The notes beneath the pieces were generated by a model that searched no databases, had not been told where the DNA came from, and saw nothing but the letters and a program-made list of their open reading frames with translations. DNA of 64,000 bases, taken from assembly GCA_002335385.1 (NCBI GenBank), contig DCVK01000021.1, positions 137,635 to 201,634 on the forward strand, in the 5' to 3' direction. Positions within the stretch are counted from its first letter, which is position 1, and every line of letters begins with the position of its first letter. Below are positions 41,600 through 51,882 of the stretch, one piece after another. The DNA comes from Candidatus Aminicenantes bacterium UBA2190. Lineage in GTDB: Bacteria > Acidobacteriota > Aminicenantia > UBA2199. The position numbers were made by a program, and so were the translations under genes.

Positions 41600-42558
41600 T
41601 GGGCAGTATTGAGACGGGAAAAAAGGTTCTGCAGACCGAAGCCAATGCCATTTTAAAAGCCCTCAACCGCATCGACCGGCAGTTCGAAACCGCCGTCGAC
41701 ATCCTCTTCCGCTGCCGCGGCCAGATCGTCGTCACCGGCATGGGCAAGTCGGGCCTGGTCGGGCGCAAGATCGCCGCCACTCTGACCTCGACCGGCAGCC
41801 CGGCCGTCTTCCTGCACCCGGCCGAGGCCATCCACGGCGACATCGGCATCATCCACCCCGAGGACGCGGTCCTCGTCCTCTCCACCTCCGGGGAGACCGG
41901 CGAGGTCACCCGCATGCTCGACTACATCAAGCGCCTGGGCATCAAGCTGATCGCCCTGGTCGGCAACCCGCGCTCGACCCTGGCGCGCCAGAGCGACGTC
42001 TTCATTGACTGCAGCGTCGAGAAAGAGGCCTGCCCGATCGGGCTTGTGCCCTCGGCCTCCTCCACGCTGGCCCTGGCCGTGGGCGACGCCCTCTCCATCG
42101 CGTTGATGGAGAAGCGCGGCTTCAGCGAGGAGGATTTCCGCTACTTCCACCCCGGGGGCCAGATCGGCAAGAAGCTGCTCAAGGTCAAGCATCTGATGCA
42201 CAGGGGCCGGCAGCTGCCCATCGCCGACGTCGCCGCGCGCATGAAGGGCGTGATCGGCACCATCAACGAAAAGAAATTCGGCGTGGCCATCGTGGTCCGC
42301 GATCGCGACCGCGTGGCCGGCATCATCACTGACGGCGACCTGCGCCGCCTTTTTTTAAAGGGAACGGACTTTTCCAAGGCCCGGGCCTCGTCCTGCATGA
42401 CCGCCGGGCCGCTGTGCATCAGCGAGGAAAAGATGGCCGTCGAGGCCCTGAAGATCATGGAAGACCGGGCGGTGACCTCGCTGATCGTCGTCGACGACAG
42501 GAACCGGCTGCGCGGACTGCTGCACCTGCACGACCTATGGAGAACGGAGATGATATGA
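41599..42558 (+). CDS. kdsD: arabinose-5-phosphate isomerase (KpsF/GutQ, SIS plus CBS)
   Basis: GMGKSG, HPAEAIHGD, HPGG, ITDGDLRR. Confidence 0.92.
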   Translation: MGSIETGKKVLQTEANAILKALNRIDRQFETAVDILFRCRGQIVVTGMGKSGLVGRKIAATLTSTGSPAVFLHPAEAIHGDIGIIHPEDAVLVLSTSGETGEVTRMLDYIKRLGIKLIALVGNPRSTLARQSDVFIDCSVEKEACPIGLVPSASSTLALAVGDALSIALMEKRGFSEEDFRYFHPGGQIGKKLLKVKHLMHRGRQLPIADVAARMKGVIGTINEKKFGVAIVVRDRDRVAGIITDGDLRRLFLKGTDFSKARASSCMTAGPLCISEEKMAVEALKIMEDRAVTSLIVVDDRNRLRGLLHLHDLWRTEMI

Positions 42559-43118
42559 TGGACCAGAAAGAGTTGGCCAAGAAGATCAAGCTGATCATCA
42601 TGGACGTGGATGGGACCCTGTCGGACGGGCGCTTTTTCATGATGCCCAACGGCCAGTCGATCAAGTCCTTCGACGTCAAGGACGGCACCGGGGTCATTTT
42701 CGCCCGCCTGGCCGGCATCAAGACGGCGATCATCACCGGCAAGACCTCCAAGCAGGTCAAGAAGCGGGCCGAGGAGCTGCAGGTCGACGAGTACTACGAA
42801 GGGGTCTACAACAAGACCATCCCGTTCTTCGAGCTGCTGAAAAAATACAATCTGGAAAAAGAGGAAGTGGCCTATATCGGCGACGACATCGGCGACGCGG
42901 AAGTGATGGGCATGGTCGGCTTTGCCGCCGCCGTCGGCGACGCCCATCCCCTGATCAAGCGCGTCTCCCATTACATTGCCAAGCGCTACGGCGGCCGCGG
43001 CGCCGTGCGCGAGGTCATCGACTTCATCCTCGACGTCCAGGAGCAGTGGACGTCCATCTTCGCCGAGCTGAAGAAATCGAACGATTGGGAGGAGATCTTC
43101 AAGGAGATCAATTCTTAA
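42555..43118 (+). CDS. kdsC: KDO-8-phosphate phosphatase (HAD)
   Basis: MDVDGTLSDG, KDG, YIGDD, GGRGAVRE. Confidence 0.92.
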   Translation: MMDQKELAKKIKLIIMDVDGTLSDGRFFMMPNGQSIKSFDVKDGTGVIFARLAGIKTAIITGKTSKQVKKRAEELQVDEYYEGVYNKTIPFFELLKKYNLEKEEVAYIGDDIGDAEVMGMVGFAAAVGDAHPLIKRVSHYIAKRYGGRGAVREVIDFILDVQEQWTSIFAELKKSNDWEEIFKEINS

Positions 43119-43120
43119 GA

Positions 43121-43332
43121 CGGTATCCGGTGCACGGTTGACGGTGAATAAGGCAAAAGGTAAAAGTAAGAGACGAAGCACCAAATTCCAAGCACCAAAC
43201 AACAAATAATTTCCAAATCCCAAATTCCAATGTCCAAAACGAGAGCCCTTTCAGTTTCTTTTCTTTGTTTGGGTCATTGAATCATTGGCATTTGGTGCTT
43301 ATTTGGGATTTGGTGCTTGTGATTTGGAATTT
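43121..43332. repeat. two heptamer tracts plus second ~155-bp CCAAATT/AAGCACC palindrome
   Basis: CGGTATC CGGTGCA CGGTTGA CGGTGAA; AGGCAAA AGGTAAA AGTAAGA; palindrome 43176-43332 homologous to 29091-29242. Confidence 0.85.
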
Positions 43333-43370
43333 TAATTCTTACAATATCTTCCTCTATCGTAGACCGTGAC

Positions 43371-44252
43371 TTACTTCTTTTGCTTCTCCATAAGGTTTGT
43401 TCCCAAATCCTTGATTAGCGCCGCCATCTCCTCGCCCTGGCCCAAGCCGCCCCAAACAAGCTCTCCCTGCATGGATACCCGGACCGGGCCGTTGTAGGGG
43501 TCGTTGATCACCAGGTTCCCCGGCCGGATTTCCGTGGCGGCGCCTTCCTTGTCCAGCCGGGCCCAGCGCTGCAGCCTGGCGCGGGCTTTGTCCGCGCCCG
43601 CGCTGTTCATGATGAACAGTTTGAAGCGCCTGCCGTTCACTTCGTAGTCGGCGCTGAAAGCCGCGCCCAGGAAATCGTGGCCCAGGAAGTTGTCCAGGAA
43701 GTAGCGCTCGGAATGGGCGATCTTGCCGCGGACGGGGAAGGCGGCCAATGCCGCCGGCAGGGCGTTGCCGCCGTTGACGGCCTGGGCGATCCTCTCGCCA
43801 AGATGGCGCAGCGCGTCCGCCCCCGCCTCGCCGAGGTCGAAGCCGTTCAGCTTGACGTAATAGGCGTCGCTGATGAAGTTCAGTACGCCCTCCTCGATGT
43901 AGCCCTCGCTGCCCAGGGCCAGGTAATCGCCCTGCAGCGGCTTCTCCGAGCTGTAGATGGCGAAGGCGTTTTCCGGCGTGCCGTGGAAGTAGATCTCGGC
44001 CGTCAGCGCCTGCCGGCTCTCATTGACGTAGTTCTGCACGGCCAGGAGCTCGAAGCCGCAGGCCAGGAAGCTCTCGGCGGCGCCGTTGATGTGCTCGTAC
44101 AGGTTGTCGGGCCGGAACGTCCGCACGTCACCGTCCCGTGTCCAGCCCTTCAGCTCCGGGAACAAGGCGGCCATGTCCGGAGCCGCAGCCGCCAGGGGCA
44201 GCGCCGCCGCCAGCAGCGCGGCCAGCAGGATGTTCTTGCTTCTTGCTTTCAT
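43371..44252 (-). CDS. secreted protein, DUF6599-like
   Basis: Signal peptide; NLYEHINGAAE, AFAIYSSE, FLGHDFL patterns. Confidence 0.65.
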   Translation of the reverse strand: MKARSKNILLAALLAAALPLAAAAPDMAALFPELKGWTRDGDVRTFRPDNLYEHINGAAESFLACGFELLAVQNYVNESRQALTAEIYFHGTPENAFAIYSSEKPLQGDYLALGSEGYIEEGVLNFISDAYYVKLNGFDLGEAGADALRHLGERIAQAVNGGNALPAALAAFPVRGKIAHSERYFLDNFLGHDFLGAAFSADYEVNGRRFKLFIMNSAGADKARARLQRWARLDKEGAATEIRPGNLVINDPYNGPVRVSMQGELVWGGLGQGEEMAALIKDLGTNLMEKQKK

Positions 44253-44281
44253 GAATCCTCTCCTTCTCAAGGGGTGCGTTC

Positions 44282-45115
44282 CTATTCCGTCAGGCTGTGC
44301 CAGACCTTCAGCGCCTTGACCGTGGCGTCCACGTCGTGGACGCGCAGGATGGCGGCGCCGTTGCGCGCGGCGACCAGGTTGGCGGCGATGGTCTCGGCCT
44401 CGCGCCTTTCCGGGGTCTTCTCGCCGCCCAGCAGGCCGAGGAACGACTTGCGCGACACCCCGACCAGCAGGGGCAGCTCGAACTCGGCGAAGCGCTTCAG
44501 GTGGCGGATGAGGGCGATGTTGTCCTCCAGGCGCTTGCCGAAGCCGATGCCCGGGTCGAGGATGATCTTTTCCTTCTTGATGCCGCGGCCCAGGGCGTAG
44601 TCGATGCGTTCCTGGAAATAGTCGGCGACCTCGGCCACGACGTCTGCATAGGAGGGGTCGCGCTGCATGGTCTCCGGCGTGCCCAGGATGTGCATCAGCA
44701 CCACCGGCACGTCCAGCTCGGCCACCACCGTGGCCATGCGCTCGCTGAAGCGCAGGGCCGAGATGTCGTTGATCATGTCGGCGCCGCCCTCCTCCACCGC
44801 CCGCTGCGCCACCTCCTCCTTGCTGGTGTCGATTGAAACCAGCACGCCCGTCTCCTCCTTGATGCGGCTGATCACGGGCAGGACGCGGTCGATCTCCTCG
44901 TCCAGGCCGATGGCGGCAGCGCCCGGGCGCGAGCTTTCGCCGCCGACGTCGATGATATCGGCCCCGGCCGCCGCCATCGCGCGCGCGTGCGCCATGGCCG
45001 CCTCGGGCTCGAAGAAGCGGCCGGCATCGGAGAACGAGTCGGGGGTGACATTGAGGATGCCCATGACCAGCGGGCCGGCCTTTTCCAGGAAGCCGTTGCG
45101 CAGGTAGAGCTTCAT
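44282..45115 (-). CDS. folP: dihydropteroate synthase
   Basis: MGILNVTPDSFSD, GGESSRPG, DPGIGFGK, SRKSF, RVHDV. Confidence 0.95.
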   Translation of the reverse strand: MKLYLRNGFLEKAGPLVMGILNVTPDSFSDAGRFFEPEAAMAHARAMAAAGADIIDVGGESSRPGAAAIGLDEEIDRVLPVISRIKEETGVLVSIDTSKEEVAQRAVEEGGADMINDISALRFSERMATVVAELDVPVVLMHILGTPETMQRDPSYADVVAEVADYFQERIDYALGRGIKKEKIILDPGIGFGKRLEDNIALIRHLKRFAEFELPLLVGVSRKSFLGLLGGEKTPERREAETIAANLVAARNGAAILRVHDVDATVKALKVWHSLTE

Positions 45116-46581
45116 TTGTTTTCGCCTCCCTTCCTTTTGCGCTCGGCGCGGAAGAGGGCCAGCCCCTGCTCGCGGGTGCGGAATGCGCCGTCCAGCTGCA
45201 GGTCGTACAGCCGTTTCAGCTGCACGCCCATCTGGCGGCCGGCGGGTACGCCCAGGGCCAGCAGGTCGCGGCCGAGGATCAGCGGCCGGATGGTCTCCTG
45301 GCTGATGCGGTATTCGTCCTTGCGGTCGGCGAACCAGCGGGCGATGGCGTCTAGTTTGCGGAAGGCGAGCGGGCGGTCCGCGCGCGAGCGGCGGTCGGCG
45401 AAATCGAGCAGCAGCAGGAGCAGGTCCTCGCCGTCCATGTCCTTGACGGCCCGGGCGACGGCCTTGAAGGTGATCTCGCCGCGGTTGCGGTAGAGCTCGA
45501 AGATGCGGTGGTGCTGCTGGATCAGCTTCAGCACGATGCGGCGCAGCGGAAAGCCCTGGCGGGTCTCGATGCGCAGCCTCTCCAGCAGGCCGTCGGCCAG
45601 CCTGACGCCGCGCGAGTCGTGGAAGGGGGAGGTGACGGTCATGCGCCCGCGCTTGAACTCCCAGGCGGTGGTGACGGCCTTGCCGCAGTCGTGCAGCAGC
45701 GCCGCCAGCAGCAGCGCCAGCGCCCGCGGCTCGTCCAGGCGCTGCTGGCGCGCCAGCTTGGCGGCGATGTCGACGGTGATCAGCGTATGCGCCCAGACCG
45801 AGTGATGGCCCTGCTCGTCGCTCTCGGGGTGAAAATGGGCGTCCTGGATGGTCAGGGCCAGGACGGCGAGTTCGGGGAAGAGCTGGTCCAGCACGGTCAG
45901 CCGGAAGTACTCCTGCAGGCCCAGCGACGGGCGCGGCGATTCCAGCAGCAGGCGCAGCAGCTCGTCGGCGACGCGCTCGGCGCTCAGCTCGCCCAGCGGC
46001 ACCTTGCGCGCCTTGGCATAGATGGCCTTGTCGACGGCGAAGGCGTGGCGGGAGGCGAAGCGGGCGGCGCGCAAGACGCGCAGCGGGTCGTCGCTGAAAC
46101 TGGCCGGCGAGGTCATGGCGATGCGCCGTCCGGCGATGGCCTGCAGCCCGCGATGGGGATCGGCGACCGCCCCGTCGGCCAGGCGCACGGCGATGGAGTT
46201 GCAGGTGAAGTCGCGCCGCCCCAGGTCCTCCTCCAGGGTGACCTCGGGGCCGGACTGCACCTCGATGTCCCTGTGGCCGTGGGCGCTGCCTTCCTTTTTC
46301 CGGTCGCGGCGCGGCAGGGCGATATCGAAGGTCCGGCCCCGGCGGCTGAACTTGATCACCGCGAAGCTCTTGCCCACGGTGTCGGTCTTGCCGTGCCCGC
46401 GCAGGCGCGACTCGACCTCGTCGTAGCCCAGCCCGGTCACCAGCAGGTCGACGTCCTGCTCGGCAACGGCCTTGCCGTAAAGGACGCGGTCGCGCACCGT
46501 GCCGCCGACGACGTAGGCGTCCCGGCCGAACACTGAGACGAAAAAATCCTTCTGGGGGAAGTCGATGCGCAGCCGCTTCAT
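45112..46581 (-). CDS. cca: CCA-adding tRNA nucleotidyltransferase with HD domain
   Basis: VGGTVRD, DVD, RRDFTCN, DDPLRVLR, LLHDCGK. Confidence 0.88.
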   Translation of the reverse strand: MKRLRIDFPQKDFFVSVFGRDAYVVGGTVRDRVLYGKAVAEQDVDLLVTGLGYDEVESRLRGHGKTDTVGKSFAVIKFSRRGRTFDIALPRRDRKKEGSAHGHRDIEVQSGPEVTLEEDLGRRDFTCNSIAVRLADGAVADPHRGLQAIAGRRIAMTSPASFSDDPLRVLRAARFASRHAFAVDKAIYAKARKVPLGELSAERVADELLRLLLESPRPSLGLQEYFRLTVLDQLFPELAVLALTIQDAHFHPESDEQGHHSVWAHTLITVDIAAKLARQQRLDEPRALALLLAALLHDCGKAVTTAWEFKRGRMTVTSPFHDSRGVRLADGLLERLRIETRQGFPLRRIVLKLIQQHHRIFELYRNRGEITFKAVARAVKDMDGEDLLLLLLDFADRRSRADRPLAFRKLDAIARWFADRKDEYRISQETIRPLILGRDLLALGVPAGRQMGVQLKRLYDLQLDGAFRTREQGLALFRAERKRKGGENK

Positions 46582-46622
46582 TATGGCCAGATTTTAGCGG
46601 TTCCAACCGCGGAAGTCAATTC

Positions 46623-47007
46623 AGTGAAAAGTAAAAAGTGAAAGGTGAAAAGTGAGAAAAAACAGCACTTGTATGAGTTCTTGCCGCTGCATTTCATTTT
46701 TAACTTCCAATGGATTGGGCACGGCCTTCGCGAGGGGACCGCGACGCTCACCACTCCGGGGAAAAGTAAAAAGTGAAAAGTGAAAAGTGAAGAGAAAATG
46801 CAATAGTCCGGGATGACGCGGTTATTTTTACAGCCATGATGTGTCCCGCATTAGCGAACGAAACGGAGGGATCGGGTCCCGACCCGGGGAGCGCCGATGG
46901 CCGAAGGTAAAATGGCCACTGTTTGAGTCCCGCGCCAGCGGGACGAGTCGGCCATTTTAATCGGCGCGAAACGCGGTCGGTCGGTCCCGGAGTGGTGAGC
47001 GTTGCGG
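46623..47007. repeat. (GAAAAGT)4 tracts and 22-bp inverted repeat enclosing nested hairpins
   Basis: Tracts 46623-46660 and 46761-46797; IR 46739-46760 vs 46986-47007 with one mismatch. Confidence 0.8.
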
Positions 47008-47070
47008 GACCATCAGGGCGCATTCACTGTGTCGTGCACCGGCGATCGGCTTGGTGATATAATGAAGCTC

Positions 47071-50000
47071 ATGGTGGAAACGCTTTTCAGCCCGGTTTTT
47101 TGGCAGAAACTCGACTCGCGCCGGCGCCGCATCGAGGTGGCGTCAATCGACCGCGAGGCGCGCGAGCTCGCCGTGGCCGCTGTCTTTGTCCATTTCAACG
47201 AAAGCGTCGTCTGGCTCGTCGGCGAGAACGAGCCGCTGGAGGAGAAAAAGGAGAAGCTCGCCCAGTGGCTGAAGCTCCTGGGCAACGAAGGGGCGCCGAT
47301 CCATTCCCACCTGCTCCCCTTCGAAGATCCCTACATCAACGCCGTGGCCGACCCGCGGCGCATCGCCGACAAGCAGCGCCTGCAGGTTGACATGGCCGCC
47401 GGCAGCAAGATGATCGTGCTGTCGACGCCGGCCGCCCTGTCCATCCGCCTGGAGCGGCCGGGGGGCCGGGACAAGGCGCTGCAACTGGGCGCCGGCGACC
47501 TTTGGGAGCGGGGCGAGCTGATCGAAAAGCTGACCGCCCTGGGCTACCAGGCGCGCGCCGCCGTGGAGATCGCCGGCGACCTGGCCTGGCGCGGCAACGT
47601 CCTCGACGTCTTCCCGGTCGCCGGCGAGCAGCCGGTGCGCCTGGAGTTCGAGGGGCGGCGCCTGGCCTCGCTGCGCACGTTCGACCTGGAGAGCCAGCGC
47701 TCCACCGGCACGATCGCCGCCGTGCTCGTCGGCGAGAACCGCTATGCCTCCGGGTCCGCCGGCGCGGACGCCGCCTTCCTGACCGACCTGCTCCCGGGCT
47801 GCCGGCTGCTGGCCTCCAACTGGCGGCGGCTCGAGGACGAGTACGGCAAGCTGCTGGACAATTTCCGCCGCATCCGCGAGGCGGTCGCCGGCCGCCGCGG
47901 CAAGGTGCCCGAAGTCGGCGAGCTCTTCCCGTTCCCCGTTGCCGCCCAGCGGCTGATCGACCTGGCCGACTTCGCCGCTGACCCGCGGGCTTTGCCGGAG
48001 GTCCGCGTCCTGCCCAAGGCGCTCGCCGGCCTGAACGACGACGACATCGGGGACCTGCAACGGCGTTCGGAGCATGGCTGGCGGCTGCTGGCCTTTGCCG
48101 CCGACGCGCGGCTGCTGGAGAACCTGCGCGTCCGCCTGCCGCGCCTGGAGTGCCACTTCTTCAACATCCCCTGCTCCTTCGAGAACCCGCTCCTGCGCCT
48201 GGCCTGCCTGACCGGGCGCAATTTCCTTTTGCCTGCGCGCGAGGAGCCGGCGCGCCGGGTCCCGGCGGAGGAGGAACTGCGCGAGATGGCCGAGGGCGAT
48301 TGGGTGGTCCACCGCCGCCACGGCATCGGCCGCTTCGCCGGCTTCACGCGGTTGCGCCTTGAGGGGGCGGCGGGCGAGTTCCTCAAGATCGAGTACCTGG
48401 ACCGCGAGTACCTCTATGTGCCGCTGCATGAGCTGGAGGTGCTGAAGCGCTACAGCGGCAGCGAGGGGGCGGCGCCGGCACTCGACCGCCTGGGCGGCAG
48501 GACCTGGCAGGCCAAGACCGCGCGCGCCCGCAAGGCCATCGTGCAGTACACCCGCGAACTGCTCGACCTTTACGCCATGCGCAAGTCGGTACGCAAGACC
48601 GCCCTGGCCGCGGTCCCCGAGCTGGAGGAGAAGCTGCAACAGGACTTCCGCTTCGTCGAGACCGAGGACCAGAAGCAGGCCATCGCCCGCGTGCTGGCCG
48701 ACATGGAGGCCGATTTCCCCATGGACCGCCTGGTCTGCGGCGACGTCAGCTTCGGCAAGACCGAGGTGGCGCTGCGCGCCGCCCTGCGCGCCATGGCCAA
48801 CGGCCGCCAGGCGGCCTTCCTGTGCCCGACGACCATCCTGGCCCTGCAGCACTTCCGCAACTTCGAGCGCCGCCTGGCCGCCTTCCCCCTGCGCCTGGGC
48901 ATGCTGTCGCGCCTGGTGTCGGGCGCCGGGAAGAAGCGCGTCCTGGCCGGCCTTAAAAGCGGCGCCATCGACCTGGTGGTGGGCACGCATTCCCTGCTGG
49001 CCTCCGGCGTGGAGTTCAAGCGCCTGGGGCTGTTCATCGTCGACGAGGAGCAGCGTTTCGGCGTCTTCCAGAAGGAGAAGCTCAAGAAGGGGCGCGAGAA
49101 CATCGACGTGCTGACGCTGTCGGCCACCCCCATCCCGCGCACCCTCTCCATGGCCATGTCGGGGCTGCAGGACATCTCGCTCATCCAGTCGCCGCCGCTG
49201 GGGCGCCTGGCCATCCGCAACTACGTGGGGCTGTTCTCCCGTCAGGTGGTGGTCTCGGCCGTGCTCAACGAGGTCGAGCGCGACGGCGCCGTCTTCGTCG
49301 TCCACAACAACATCGAGCACATCTTCCGCTTCCGCGACCAGCTGGCCTCCTGGCTTCCCGACGTGCCCATCGTCGTCATCCATGCCCAAATGCCGACGGC
49401 GGCGATCGAGAAGAACCTGATGGATTTCATCGCCGGCAAGTTCCGTGTCCTGCTCTCGACCACCATCATCGAGAACGGCATCGACATCCCGCGCGTCAAC
49501 ACCATGATCGTGCTGAACGCCGACCGCCTGGGGCTGACGCAGATGTACCAGCTGCGCGGCCGCATCGGCCGCAGCACCCGCCAGGCCTACGCCTACTTCC
49601 TGGTCGACGACCGCAAGGGCGGGGTGAGCGAGCTGGCCAAGAAGCGGCTCGCCGGCATCCGCGAGTTCTCCGAGCTGGGCGCCGGCTACAAGCTGGCCGA
49701 GTTCGACCTGCACCTGCGCGGCGCCGGGGCGCTGCTGGGCAACCGCCAGCACGGCCATGTCGAGGCCCTGGGCTACGACTACTTCCTGGAGCTGTTGCGC
49801 CAGACCATCCGCGGCCTCAAGGGCGACACGAGCGAGGAGCGCGAGCTCGCCTTGCGCGTCCACTTCCCCTACGCCGTCGGCGAGGACTACATCGCCGGCA
49901 CGGCCGAGCGCATCGCCGCCTACCGCCGTGTGCTGGAGGCCGGGGACGCCTTCGAGCTGCGCGCCCTGCGCGACGAGCTCGGCGACCGCTACGGCCAGAT

Positions 50001-50253
50001 GCCCCGGGAGATGGAAAAGATCTTCTACGTGGGCGCGGTGAAGCTGTTCGCCCGCCAATGCGGCTGGCGCAAGGCCGAGGTTTTCGCCGACCGCGTGCAG
50101 TTCGACGCCGGCCGCGAGACGGCGCTGCCGGCGGGCAGGGCCTTCGTCGTGCCGGGGCTGAAGCATCTGGAGGGCGGCAACTTCGAGCTGGAGTTCTCCG
50201 GGCTGGACGGGTTTCTGGCGCTCGAGAAAGGGCTCAAGAGGCTATTCCAATAA
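47071..50253 (+). CDS. mfd: transcription-repair coupling factor Mfd
   Basis: VVHRRHGIG CarD-like RID, DRLVCGDVSFGKTEV, DEEQRFG, SATPIPRTL, YQLRGRIGRS, TRCF C-terminus. Confidence 0.93.
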   Translation: MVETLFSPVFWQKLDSRRRRIEVASIDREARELAVAAVFVHFNESVVWLVGENEPLEEKKEKLAQWLKLLGNEGAPIHSHLLPFEDPYINAVADPRRIADKQRLQVDMAAGSKMIVLSTPAALSIRLERPGGRDKALQLGAGDLWERGELIEKLTALGYQARAAVEIAGDLAWRGNVLDVFPVAGEQPVRLEFEGRRLASLRTFDLESQRSTGTIAAVLVGENRYASGSAGADAAFLTDLLPGCRLLASNWRRLEDEYGKLLDNFRRIREAVAGRRGKVPEVGELFPFPVAAQRLIDLADFAADPRALPEVRVLPKALAGLNDDDIGDLQRRSEHGWRLLAFAADARLLENLRVRLPRLECHFFNIPCSFENPLLRLACLTGRNFLLPAREEPARRVPAEEELREMAEGDWVVHRRHGIGRFAGFTRLRLEGAAGEFLKIEYLDREYLYVPLHELEVLKRYSGSEGAAPALDRLGGRTWQAKTARARKAIVQYTRELLDLYAMRKSVRKTALAAVPELEEKLQQDFRFVETEDQKQAIARVLADMEADFPMDRLVCGDVSFGKTEVALRAALRAMANGRQAAFLCPTTILALQHFRNFERRLAAFPLRLGMLSRLVSGAGKKRVLAGLKSGAIDLVVGTHSLLASGVEFKRLGLFIVDEEQRFGVFQKEKLKKGRENIDVLTLSATPIPRTLSMAMSGLQDISLIQSPPLGRLAIRNYVGLFSRQVVVSAVLNEVERDGAVFVVHNNIEHIFRFRDQLASWLPDVPIVVIHAQMPTAAIEKNLMDFIAGKFRVLLSTTIIENGIDIPRVNTMIVLNADRLGLTQMYQLRGRIGRSTRQAYAYFLVDDRKGGVSELAKKRLAGIREFSELGAGYKLAEFDLHLRGAGALLGNRQHGHVEALGYDYFLELLRQTIRGLKGDTSEERELALRVHFPYAVGEDYIAGTAERIAAYRRVLEAGDAFELRALRDELGDRYGQMPREMEKIFYVGAVKLFARQCGWRKAEVFADRVQFDAGRETALPAGRAFVVPGLKHLEGGNFELEFSGLDGFLALEKGLKRLFQ

Positions 50254-50256
50254 TTA

Positions 50257-50430
50257 AGTGACAGTGTCAGTGTCAGCAGGAAGCATTCAGGGCAATCAAT
50301 GACAGGGAAAGTTTAAGTGTTTGCAGGAGGTTCAAGAAGTCAAAAATAAAGCGAAAGTCAGCGGAAATTATTGGCCTTAAAGGATTTCGGTTATTTCTCT
50401 TGCTGACACTGTCACTGACACTGACACTGT
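50257..50430. repeat. inverted pair of (GACACT)n elements
   Basis: AGTGAC AGTGTC AGTGTC AGCAGG at 50257 and TCTTGCT GACACT GTCACT GACACT GACACT at 50398. Confidence 0.85.
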
Positions 50431-50447
50431 TACCGGAACTGGAAGAG

Positions 50448-50810
50448 CTAAGGCTTGGTGATCTCCAGGGTCTCCTTCTGCAGTCCGTGCTTCGGGCACT
50501 TCCTGAGGACGCGGATCTCCCCCTTGTCCTTTCCGGTCAAGGAGACGACCAGGTCGAGCCGGTAGACGCCTTCCTCCGTCAGTTCCCACTGGCCCCGCTT
50601 TTCGATCTTCAGCCCTTCCGTTTCCAGGATCGTCTCCGCGATGGCTACCGGGCAGCGCCGGTGTATGCACTCGACGAACAATTTCACCTGGAACTGGTCC
50701 GCTTTGCCCTTGACCAGCGGTCCGGTCTCGCTGTAGACGTAGCAGGGAAGCAGTTGCGACATGCTCCCCATGACCAGCAGCGTCATTATCAATAATATGG
50801 GTCGTTTCAT
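50448..50810 (-). CDS. small secreted Cys-containing hypothetical protein
   Basis: Signal peptide; CIHRRC and RKCPKHG; AAGGA RBS. Confidence 0.7.
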   Translation of the reverse strand: MKRPILLIMTLLVMGSMSQLLPCYVYSETGPLVKGKADQFQVKLFVECIHRRCPVAIAETILETEGLKIEKRGQWELTEEGVYRLDLVVSLTGKDKGEIRVLRKCPKHGLQKETLEITKP

Positions 50811-50862
50811 GTTATTCCTTATACGTTAGACAATTGCGTCCGATTTTTCTTGCGTTCCAGAG

Positions 50863-50978
50863 AGTGTCAGTGACAGTGTCAGTGCCAGCAAGAGAAGCGA
50901 ACGAAATCGGAAAATATAGCAACCAATTCATTTTTTTCTTGCTGTCACTGCCACTGACACTGTCACTGTCAGTGGCAA
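50863..50978. repeat. inverted pair of (GACACT)n elements
   Basis: AGTGTC AGTGAC AGTGTC AGTGCC AGCAAGAG, AT-rich spacer, TCTTGCT GTCACT GCCACT GACACT GTCACT. Confidence 0.85.
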
Positions 50979-50990
50979 TACGTTGAATTG

Positions 50991-51797
50991 CTATTCCTTC
51001 AGCCTGACCCATATCCCGGCCGCGGCGTCCTCTTCGTCGCGGCGCACCTCGAAGTCGGGGAGCGACTTGATCAGCGACGACAGCTGGCGCTGGCCGAAGC
51101 TGCGCGGGTCGAAGCCGGGGTCGAGCTGCTGCAGCGCCTTGCCCATCGGCCCCAGGTTGGCCCAGCCGTTCTCCTGCACCGCCATCTCGAAGGCTTCGCG
51201 CAGCAGCGGCATGGGATCGGTGCCGGCGTAGAGCGCCTGCGGCGGCGGTGGCGGTTGCGGCGGCTGCTCCTGCGGCCCCGTCTTGCGGCTGCCGCCGCGG
51301 CCGCGGTCGCGCCCGCGCTCCTGGCGCTGCTGGCTTTCGCGGCGCGGCGCCAGGTTCTCGGTGTAGATGAAGATATCGCAGGCGTTGACGAACGACTTGG
51401 GGGTCTTTTTCTGGCCGATGCCCATGACGAAGAAGCCCTCCTCGCGGATGCGCGTCGCCAGGCGCGTGTAGTCGCTGTCCGAGGAGATGATGCAGAAGCC
51501 CTCGACGAAGCGGCGGTGCATGATGTCCATGGCGTCGATGATCAGGGCGCTGTCGGTGGCGTTCTTGCCCACGGTGTAGCGGAACTGCTGGATGGGCTGC
51601 ACGGCGTGCATGTGCAGCGCCTCCTTCCAGGAGTGCATGCTGGACGTGGTCCAGTCGCCGTAGATGCGGCGGATGGTCACCGATCCGTGCTTGCCCACTT
51701 CGGCCAGCATCTTGGGCAGCAGCGAGGCCTGGGCGTTGTCGCCGTCGATGAGGACGGCCATCTTGGTGTCCTTGTTTTCTATGTTGGGTTGAGCCAT
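50991..51797 (-). CDS. NYN (LabA/DUF88) domain protein with C-terminal OST-HTH/LOTUS domain
   Basis: AVLIDGDN, IYGDW, GKNATD, SSDSDY, FDPRSFG. Confidence 0.9.
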   Translation of the reverse strand: MAQPNIENKDTKMAVLIDGDNAQASLLPKMLAEVGKHGSVTIRRIYGDWTTSSMHSWKEALHMHAVQPIQQFRYTVGKNATDSALIIDAMDIMHRRFVEGFCIISSDSDYTRLATRIREEGFFVMGIGQKKTPKSFVNACDIFIYTENLAPRRESQQRQERGRDRGRGGSRKTGPQEQPPQPPPPPQALYAGTDPMPLLREAFEMAVQENGWANLGPMGKALQQLDPGFDPRSFGQRQLSSLIKSLPDFEVRRDEEDAAAGIWVRLKE

Positions 51798-51882
51798 TTT
51801 CTCTCCACTAGGTCATTGGCTAATGATTTACTGTAACAGAGATGGGGAGTTTAGTCAAGCTGGGGGGCGGCGTAAGGCGAAG

